64,000 nt of DNA from Myxococcales bacterium (GTDB lineage Bacteria; Myxococcota_A; Polyangia; Polyangiales; SLQV01): positions 568 through 64,567 of the forward strand of contig SLQV01000005.1 in the NCBI GenBank assembly GCA_007131285.1. Reading direction: 5' to 3'. Both the position numbers and the translations under genes were made by a program. A model generated the notes under the pieces. That model did no database searches, had not been told where the DNA came from, and was given only the letters and a program-made list of their open reading frames with translations. Shown in pieces: positions 19,038 to 28,200 of this stretch; position 1 is the first letter of the stretch, and each line of letters opens with the position of its first letter.

Positions 19038-19535
19038 TTATATCTCTACCATCACAAGTGCTGCGTCACCCTCTTTGCTGATTTCAGCCACTTTTCGCAC
19101 AAATATACGCGTCATATTCCAGTGTTCACGCTGAGGAGGGGTCTTGTCGCTGCCGTAGATTCGAACTTCACTTGTATAGGATTGTACGCGCTGAATGAGT
19201 CGATAAATCGTCTGACGCGTCCGAGACATCACCTGGTCTAACCCTTCAATATGCACCTCAACTACACTGTACTTTTCGGACTCACATTGCTGCACGATGA
19301 GGTCGATATGTGATAGAAAATCATCAAACGTTTCGTCGTAACGCTGATAGACCTCGGAACCAGGAATCATTGCGCCCTGAAGGTGCCGCCCGCTGAAGTC
19401 CACAATGAGTTGACCCGCGTCGACGACCTCGTGGCGCACTTCAAGTTCGTCGATTTTGAAGTATGATTTTGACGTCATAACCCTCATACCTTCGCGGCGG
19501 CCGCGGCTCACCCTACTGCGGGCAGCGACCATCAA
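19038..19535 (-). CDS. divergent STAS/SiaC-like putative phosphoprotein (anti-anti-sigma-like partner)
   Basis: LIVDFSGRHLQGAM...(about 40 aa)...YSVVEVHIEGLDQVMSRTRQTIYRLIQRV follows the STAS layout: strand, helix, strand, then a Ser/Thr at a helix N-terminus. More likely starts are 19487 (MRVMTSK) or 19478 (MTSK). Confidence 0.4.
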   Translation of the reverse strand: MMVAARSRVSRGRREGMRVMTSKSYFKIDELEVRHEVVDAGQLIVDFSGRHLQGAMIPGSEVYQRYDETFDDFLSHIDLIVQQCESEKYSVVEVHIEGLDQVMSRTRQTIYRLIQRVQSYTSEVRIYGSDKTPPQREHWNMTRIFVRKVAEISKEGDAALVMVEI

Positions 19536-22281
19536 GACGCAGCGCTACCAAGAGCACATCATCCATGCGCTCGCGGTTGCCACGGTACACGTCTAGTGAG
19601 GATACTATGGTATCTAGGCCTTCCGCTAGACCGTCTTTAGCGAGTGCGCGTTTCCAGAAAGCATCGGTAATGTAGGCTGAACTTGGCTTTCCTTCCTCGT
19701 TGAGCTGGTTAAATACACCATCGGTAAAGACTAGAAAGATGTCGCCGGGCTCTAAGCTGACCGTCTTTTCGCTAAAGTTACTACCGTCCACCATGCCGAG
19801 AATGAAGTCATCCGGCTCCTCGCCGTGCACGATACCGGTCGACGTGTAGCGCAAAAAGGGCGCCTCGCCGCCCTGGGCGTATGTAACTCTTGCGCGATCC
19901 CCAACGCGCTCGAAATCCGCACAAAAAGCGCAACCGGTGAGGTCGAGATACTTGCGACAGGCGATGTCATTGAGCTGGCGCAACACCTCGCCGGGGGACG
20001 CCTGCGCGTGGTCAATCAAAGAGTACTCCACCCATAGAGCGGTCGCGCGCATGGCAGCCCCCATGCCGTGATCTGTGACGTCGAAGACGATGAGCCTGGT
20101 GCGCTCGGGTCCGAGAGGCACGACGTAGTAAAAATCACCACTCACCTCGGTTGTCGGACAATGCCGCACCGCCGCTTCGAAGCCCGATAGGGATGCGGTC
20201 GTGCCGAGCAGGGCCTCCTGAAAACGCCGGGCCTCAGCTAAGTCACGCTGAATGGCCCGCTGCTGAGCACTTACAAGACCGTGAGATTCGGCGAGCCTGT
20301 AGTGAGCCGCGAGCAAAGCGCGCGACTGCCTAAAGCGTAGGATTTGGTTGCGGATACGCAGTTGCATTTCTTCAAGCGGCGCGTTGCCCTTGATGAGATA
20401 GTCATCGGCACCAAATGCGAGTAGCTCTAGACGCGTACCCACATCGCCCTCGGCGGTCAGCATGATGATGGGGGTTTGCCCAAGTAACCCTTGCTCCCGA
20501 CGTATATTTTTGCACAGAGTTCCACCATCCATAGGTCCCATGCGCATATCCGAAAGAATGAGGTCGGGGCGAATGACCCGAGCTATCTGCAAGCCCTCCT
20601 CCCCATTGCGCGCGGTATAGACTTCGTACGCCTCACTGAGCTCGGACCGCAAGTGACGCCGCATATCCGCTGTGTCTTCGACGACCAAAATCTTAGCTCC
20701 GCGCGTCAACGCACTCTGCGATTCAGCCATCGACATATTGAGCAGGCGGAGCGATTCCGCATCACTATTGATGCGCGCAGGACTCAGGGCGCTTCCCTGG
20801 TCAAACTTCTCCAACGCATGCTCACCCCCGCTAAGGGGCAGTCGCTCTGTATCTTCGTCGTCGTATTCGAAGGCAGACTCGTAGCGGTCGGGTCGGGAGC
20901 CGATGTCCGCTTCTGAGACTTCATGTTCGGGCAAATGTGCCCGCCCTAGGGGGAACCACAGCGCAAAGGTGGAGCCTACGCCCGGCGAACTCTCGACACT
21001 GATTCGGCCGCCATGCCGCTGAACGTGTTCCTTGACGAGCGCAAGGCCAATCCCCATACCTTGGCGCACCTCTGAGGCGTTGACCTGCACGAAGCGGTCA
21101 AATATCGCCGCGTGCTTTTCGGGTGGAATCCCGCACCCCGTATCACTAACCGCTACGACCGCATAGCCATCCTCTACTCTTAGACTTATGGTGATGGCAC
21201 CGCTTGTCGTGAACTTAAAGGCATTGTTGACCAGGTTGACCACGGCGCCATCAAAGCGATCTGAGTCCACGTATACGAGGACCGGCTCGGTGGGCAAGGC
21301 CGCGCGCAGCTCGAGCCCTTTTTTCTCCACCATGGGGCGCGCCGCCAGCACCACCTGTCGCAGCACCTCAACCAAATCCCGCCGCGCATAGCGTGACGCC
21401 ATCGCCTTGTCGTTACGTCGCGAGAAATAGAAAAGTTTATCGAGCTGGTGCATCAAGCGCCGCTGATTGCTCAGCGCCACCTCCAGCGTTGCCACTACCC
21501 TGCGATCTTTAGCCTGCCGCAGGGCCGACTCAATCGGCCCCACAATCAACGCCAGCGGCGTCCTTAACTCGTGCGACACCTCCCCCAAAAAGCGGTCCTT
21601 ATACTGGTCCAGTGCCACCAGCTTTTCGTTCGCCTCCCGAATTTCTTGGTTTGCCTTTCGAAGCGTGAAGCCCGCGGCAAAGTCCCGTTTGGAGGCGACG
21701 TGCCGGTAGTGCGTCAAAACCAGTGATTGCAGGAACGAACCGATTAAGAGGAGCTGCAGCAAGACGGTAATTCCGTCGGTGCCGACCGGAAGCAATCCGA
21801 CCAATGCTGGCGCCAGGTAGATTAGGTAAACCGCGACACCGAACGACGCCGCCTTGAGCACCGACCAGTTCATTGAGATCACGGTGCTGTAAAATATAAA
21901 TGCAAACCCCCAGGCATAGGGCGAAGCGTAAGCATCGTGGGCCCACGCAAGCGTGGCCACAAAGGCACCGACCACGAGCATCAATCCTGCCCAGAGCGAC
22001 TCGCCCCAACGACGCACCACCACTGGCCTTCGATACGCGAGAACCAGTAGCGCAACCGACAAGAGCAGCGATATCCCGCGCAGCACCTGAACAGGCAGGA
22101 AGTGCTTGTGAGGTATTAGGTGGAAGTCGGCGAGAATAAACGGCGGTATGATGAAAAGCGGCTGCAGGACACCGAAACGTATCCCTCGAACGGTTTCTCT
22201 CGCCCTGTATTCCCGAAAAGAATCCGCAACCGGCTCGGTGCGCGCCGACTCATGGCGTTCTCTAAGCTCTCGCACCCCCAC
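19513..22281 (-). CDS. hybrid sensor: multi-TM input domain, HisKA/HATPase_c histidine kinase, REC receiver, PP2C/SpoIIE serine phosphatase
   Basis: About 5-6 hydrophobic helices in aa 35-195. H-box EVSHELRTPL (His about 237), N/G boxes VVNLVNNAFKFT, SDTGCGIP and GMGIGLALVKE. REC KILVVEDTADMRR...DLILSDMRMGPMDG...TPIIMLTA. PP2C GDFYYV, FDVTDHGMGAA, VFTDGV, DDVLLVAL. The GTG start overlaps the PKS stop. Confidence 0.85.
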   Translation of the reverse strand: MGVRELRERHESARTEPVADSFREYRARETVRGIRFGVLQPLFIIPPFILADFHLIPHKHFLPVQVLRGISLLLSVALLVLAYRRPVVVRRWGESLWAGLMLVVGAFVATLAWAHDAYASPYAWGFAFIFYSTVISMNWSVLKAASFGVAVYLIYLAPALVGLLPVGTDGITVLLQLLLIGSFLQSLVLTHYRHVASKRDFAAGFTLRKANQEIREANEKLVALDQYKDRFLGEVSHELRTPLALIVGPIESALRQAKDRRVVATLEVALSNQRRLMHQLDKLFYFSRRNDKAMASRYARRDLVEVLRQVVLAARPMVEKKGLELRAALPTEPVLVYVDSDRFDGAVVNLVNNAFKFTTSGAITISLRVEDGYAVVAVSDTGCGIPPEKHAAIFDRFVQVNASEVRQGMGIGLALVKEHVQRHGGRISVESSPGVGSTFALWFPLGRAHLPEHEVSEADIGSRPDRYESAFEYDDEDTERLPLSGGEHALEKFDQGSALSPARINSDAESLRLLNMSMAESQSALTRGAKILVVEDTADMRRHLRSELSEAYEVYTARNGEEGLQIARVIRPDLILSDMRMGPMDGGTLCKNIRREQGLLGQTPIIMLTAEGDVGTRLELLAFGADDYLIKGNAPLEEMQLRIRNQILRFRQSRALLAAHYRLAESHGLVSAQQRAIQRDLAEARRFQEALLGTTASLSGFEAAVRHCPTTEVSGDFYYVVPLGPERTRLIVFDVTDHGMGAAMRATALWVEYSLIDHAQASPGEVLRQLNDIACRKYLDLTGCAFCADFERVGDRARVTYAQGGEAPFLRYTSTGIVHGEEPDDFILGMVDGSNFSEKTVSLEPGDIFLVFTDGVFNQLNEEGKPSSAYITDAFWKRALAKDGLAEGLDTIVSSLDVYRGNRERMDDVLLVALRLDGRCPQ

Positions 22282-25200
22282 GCATCAACGGTACACCAAA
22301 CCCCACAAACTCAACACCGCTTTCTAACGACGGCTTAGCCCGGTCGAGCATCGCTTCGACAAGCCCCTCAGGAATCTCAGCTACCGCGATACCGGTCCCC
22401 GATGGTGCATACCAAACGGCGGTATGAGACCCTGTTGCGAGCTTTACACGCTCCCCGTTTCGCTTAACGCGAAAATAGTCAAACGAGAGAGCGCACGCGG
22501 ACGTGAACAGGGCATCGAGGGTCATCTCCACTTCGATGGTGGAGAATGGCATTGTTTCATTAAGGTGCTTCACCTTGACATCAGTACACAAGAACTCTCC
22601 TAGCGGCCGCACCTCTTCGAGGTATTCCCTTGAAACGCCATGAACGAACCAGTCGCGCGCCGCTTCCTGCCAGAAAATATAGTTAGAGAAATAAACGTTT
22701 CCAACAAGGTTGCTCTGAGCCAACCCCGTCTCGAAGGAATGCGTATGAAGCAGGGGTCCTCTCTTCGGACCCGGTTCCCTTTGAAACAACGCATCTCCTA
22801 GATGGATCTCGGCAGACGTGCGTCGTCGAGCCAGGCTGTCGCTGACCTTCGACTTCGGACCTCTCCCTCGGTTGTAGTCGAGGAAAAAGTCGGGCCACGG
22901 ATCTGGTCGCACTACGCCGTGGCTAATCACCTTAACCGCAGATACATCCATTAGACTCCTACCGAGCACACGGCGACGAGAGTGCCCGTTTCCATCGCGG
23001 GCAAACCAGTGCCAAACAAGCGTGCACTTTTCCGGGCTTACCGCGGTCACAAAAAAGTGTACCTCGATTAGGTCTGACGCCACCGGGTGATCGATGATTT
23101 CTGTCGAGAATTCATTGGTAACGCTCGTTAGCTCATTTGAGCCGAGCATGCTGTAGAGCTTCTCATGATAAGCAGCTGATTCAAGTCCGAATAGCTCCCT
23201 CACCTTGCCCGCCCAAGTCGCGAAAGTGCCAGCACGCACTCTACGAAGCAAACTCTGAATATCCACACAGCTGAGAGGAAAGCGATGAACAAAGATGTCT
23301 TCGCTCTGTGGACCCGCGCTCTCTCGATATTCAAAAGACGCGAGTCGCATCGGCCCGCCATCTATCGAATCCGGCGTGGACTTCGCTTCTAAGCCCACAG
23401 AATCACCTTGGTTTTCATCTGACGCGGACTGTCTCCGGAGAGCGACAGCGCCCGCGCTCATAGCTACGATGTAGTCAACCTGTCCAATCGACACCTGGAA
23501 AACGGCGTGATCAATCGGCTCGCCGGCATTAGTTTTCGCTCTGAACACTGCAGATTGATCGTCTGTCACTTGAAGCAAATGGAGTGGGGCATTACGGTCA
23601 CCTGACTCCTTGAATACACTTTCATGAATGGCCCAAAGCGCCGTACATGCGGCGTCCTTTTTCCACCCTTGTCTGATAAGACCACCGGCGAGGCTTAGCG
23701 TTTCTTCGCCCAAGAGTTGTCGCCACTGGCTCTCAGTCCTCGCGTTCACAGTTGCGAGATCGCAGCCTTGCGAACCTACACCGGCAACAACCAGGCACAA
23801 TAAGTTGTCCTGTGACAGTGACACTCCAAGTTCGGGGCTTGATACTAACGGCTTTCCTGTTTGCGCATCCCAAGATATTTCAGGGACATACTGCTCACCA
23901 TCTGGTGGGAGCGTGGCGCGTAATGACGCTACAGTATCAGCCAGTAGGCCAGCCTCGTGTTGATGACGGTCCTCCCGCGACATCGTCTGCAAACCAGGCA
24001 TAAATCGCAACCGAACGGCCGGCGGCTCTAGGCCGCGCGTGCGAGCAATGAAATCAATCTTAGACCGGAGAGCTCTCTCGTGAACAAGCCAGCCTGAGCG
24101 GATGTCACTGGCGCGGGGCAAACGCTCGTCGGTTGCGACTATTCGGACGGAACACGCCTCCATGGTTTCGGTGACGTCTCCGTTTTCATCACATACGGTA
24201 GCGCGCACGGTCGCGAGCTTGCCATCTATCCGGTCCACCACCTGCGTCCTCACTGCTCGTCGTCCGGAAACCGAAGCCGTGCGGTGCACCCTCAGGGTGT
24301 CTATTGCCATAGGAAGTGCTCTGCCTGGGGAAAGCGAAAGCTGTAAACACTGCAACTGCGCATCCCTCGCGAAAGGGTCCCCCAGTACCCAGCGACCTGA
24401 ACTAGACGCGGGAAACCGAGCGAACTTGTCATCGATCGAAAACAAGCCGCCCGCGTCGGTCAGGTCGTGAACGGCCGACACTCTTCGAAAAGTTGGACCA
24501 TGAAAGAGTAAAGTTCCGTAGACACCCTGTAATTCGAGATCCACCGGCAGCCGACGGGGGAGAACCAGCGGAGGCTGGTTCTCCGCGTACTCACCGGAAA
24601 GGCCAAGGGCAAACTTTGCCTTGAAACACACCGGTGGGTGTATCGTGCCATTGGCAGTGCTCAGGCTTGCGCCGAATCGAGTCACCGATTCAGCGCTAGT
24701 GGCTCTTACCGTAATCAGAATTGCGGTGCTGGCCTCGACTGAGACGTCGACTGGACGAAAGAACTCAGCATTCTCGACCGTAAGTGGTGTGAGCTGGACT
24801 CGGCCAGCCACTAGGGCGACGGCTTGGGCCATGGCTTCGAGGCCGAAGACGGCGGGAAGTAGGTAGCGGCCTTCGAAGCAGTGGTCGCGGATAAAGTCGT
24901 CGTGCTCAACGCTGAGCGTCGTGCGAACGATGGCTTCCACGCCGGGTTCACAGCAGATTACTTCGTCGATGAACCTAAGGTGTTCCTTAGAGCCTGGGCC
25001 GGTCGCGGGCAGCGCAGGTTCCAGTGAGCGCCAGGTGTCAAGGCCGCCGAGACGAGAGGTTACGATAACCTGCTGCGCACTTGGGCGGACATCGACGAGA
25101 GCGAGAAAGCCTTCAACGCCCTGGTCTGGACTTAGCGCCGCGGTGCCTGTTCGCGCCAGCGCTTCGACGCTGCCGAGACGATGGCCCATGCCGACGTCGC

Positions 25201-28200
25201 TCCAGACGCTGTAAGCGAGGGTGCTTACTTCAACCTGCGGATGCCTTGCGGCGAAATGCGCGAGGCTGCGGTCTAGCGAGTCATTGGCGAAAGCGTACCA
25301 GGCATTGCCGGGCATGCCTGTTACGCCGATGACCGACGTCAAACCGATGATGAGGTCCGGGAGCTGCTGGGTTTGCCGGCGTTCCAGCGCTTCGAGCAGC
25401 GCGAGGGCGCCGTGGAGCTTGGGGGCGACTTCAGCGCGGGCGCTCTCGGCGTTGACCAGCTCGGCGCGACGCACCTGATTGAGCCCCGCACCATGCACGA
25501 CGGCACGAATGTGGCCGAGGCGGACGTGCACCTGAGCCACTAGCGCATCGACCGCGGCGGGATCTGCGAGGTCGACACTGAAGTATTCACACCGGATGCC
25601 TTGTGCGCGCAGCGCATCAAGCTCGGCTGCGACGCGCGCGTGAGGACTGCGCCCGACGAGCGCGAGGGTTACGCCATCTCGGGACGCCCAGGCCGCGGCG
25701 CAGGCGCCCGTAATCCCCTTGGCGCCGCCGGTGACCAAAACCACGTCGCCCGAACCCAGCCTAACGCGGCGCGGAGGCGACTGTTCCGGTTGCAGTAGCC
25801 GATGGCCGGTGATCCAGCGCTCGCCGCTGGTATCGTAGCGGACGTGGTCGAAGGCGATGGGCGTCCCGAATTCAGCGCCGAGAAAGCCGGCACACTCGCC
25901 GGACGGACACGCCGCGGGCAGCTCGAGGACACGAACGCGCAGGCTTGGGCGTTCGTGATGCAAGCTGGCTGCGAAGGCCGCGAGACCGCAGACGAAACCG
26001 TCGTGGGCGGTCGCCTCGCCGACCTCTATGAATGCGAGTGCAAGATCCGGTCGCGCGGCGGGCAGCGCTTGCGCAAGCGCTGCGAGTTGAGCCACGCTCT
26101 CCTCGAACGAAAGCGCTCCGGCGGTAGGCGTGTAAAAGACACAGAGTGCGGCAACGCTCGCGTCTAGCGCGCTGCGCAGCGAAGCATCAAGGCGGAGCAC
26201 CTCGCTCTGACCACCGAGCCTGCCGAGCACGCCGCTAAATCGCTCGGCGTCCGGGCCGGATGCCGAGCCCAGGGCCGCGACACGCACGCGCTGACCCGCC
26301 GGCCAATCCGTGCGGGCGGGCTTCCCGAGGGCATCGACGCGCCACTCTTGCGCGAAGTGCCGAACCCATGGCGCGCCGGCGGCCTCCTGCGTCTGGCGCG
26401 CTGGGAGCGCGCCTATTCTCGCCTTCGCGGGCACCGCGGCGCGCACCTCACTTGCGCGTTCGCTGGAGAAACGCGGTGCGTCGGCGGACGACGTCACAGG
26501 CGCCACCCGGCTAATGAGGCGCTCCCTAGGGGAGGCTGCAGGCGCAGGAAGCGCGTCAGCCGCAGGTCGTGCTTCTGAACCAGCGGGCGTGCGCTGCGCA
26601 GAAGTAGCCTCCACTCGCGCCGGCGCACGCGGTGCGTCGCTGGCGCGAGTACCGGTCTGCGCGTTCAGTGCTTCTGCTAACTCGCCGAGGCTCGCATTTG
26701 CAAAGCGGGTCGCGTCCAGCGCCGCTACATCAAGCGCGCACGCCTGAGCAAGCTCACCGACAAGCTCCGCGACCTTGATGGAATCGAGGTTGAGGTCGTC
26801 GAGTAGGCGCAAACCTGGGTCTAGGGATTCCTTCGGGTAGCCGGTGCGCTGCGCAACGCGCTCGCACACCTCCGTCAATACGTCGGGTCCTGAGATCGGC
26901 GACGCAAGTGTCTCGATCATTTCCGGCCCTTCCGAGAGCGCGATACGCGCACCGCTGGAGTCGGTCGCTCGCACGTCGGGGGCCGGCATCGCTAACGTAT
27001 TCGCTGGCTGCGGCGCACCCACGGTAGCCACCCCAAACGCATCAGCCCGCACACCGGGGTAGCGCTCGGCTGAAGTCGATGCGCCCTCGGGGCTAACGAC
27101 AGGCACGGCGCGGCTCACCACCGCCTCCGGACCGCGCGGCGGCGCAGCGGGGAGTTCCGCAGAGAGCAGCACGGCTAGTTCCTCCAGAGAAGCGTTAGCA
27201 ACACGCATGGCATCCGGCGCCGGCTCGATTTGAAAATGCGCGGCGGCCTCCGCGGACAGCTCGGCCGTCTTGATAGAATCAAGATTGAGATCGTCCAGGA
27301 GGCGCAGATCCGGCGTCAGTGAATCCGGCGGGAACCCGGTGCGCTGCGAGACTCGGTCTTGAATGTAGGCAAAGACCTCTGCTTGGCGCCCGGGCGCCAG
27401 CGAAGACGACGCAGCGAGCGACTCGCCTGCGTCTGGAACCAACTGTAAGCCCGTTGTCGCGACTGACTGAAGCGCGTCGGAGGACTCCGGCGCTGCGGCG
27501 GGCGCGCTAACTTGACTGCGCGAGATTTCCACCTCTGCCTCGGGCGTTGACTCGAAGATGCTTGCAGGCTGCGGCAGGGCCCCCGCAACTTCGGGCGCTG
27601 ACTCGACGCGAAGCTGGGCCGCAGTCGATTGGTCGGCCGACCATTCCGCACCAAGCTCCTGCCTGCTGGCTCGATTAAGGACCGGCGCGACCGCTCCTCT
27701 TGTAATTGTTGCTGGCGCGGCCGGGCCGAAGCCCCGCGAACGCGCGTCGACGGCCACAACCTGCGTGACACTCTCCAAGAACTCCGCGCGCTCACTGGCG
27801 TAAGCGGCAAACTGCTCTGGCGTTAGACCAGAAGGCCGGCGAATCGGGAGCCACGCGTCGTGTTGAGCAGCGGCACTGAGCTGCGCCGGCCGAGCGACAC
27901 GCGGCTCAGGAGAGGCGGGCAAACCCTCGCAGTAGTTTGCGATGAACGCGCGCGCCTGCGCGGGGACGAACGCACGCACGGCGCGGCCCGCGAAAAGGTT
28001 TTGCAACCGCAGCGGCGCTCCGGTTGCAAAAAGAACCGCCACCAACTGGTGGAACTCGAGACGACGCTCAGCCCGCGCTTCAACCGGGAATACGAACGGG
28101 CGCGCGTTTGCCGAACGCGCAGCAAACTGGTCGCCAAGAAGCCCAGAGAGCGTCCGCCCAGGGCCCAGCTCGATCACCAAGTCACAGCCCTCCGCCAGCG

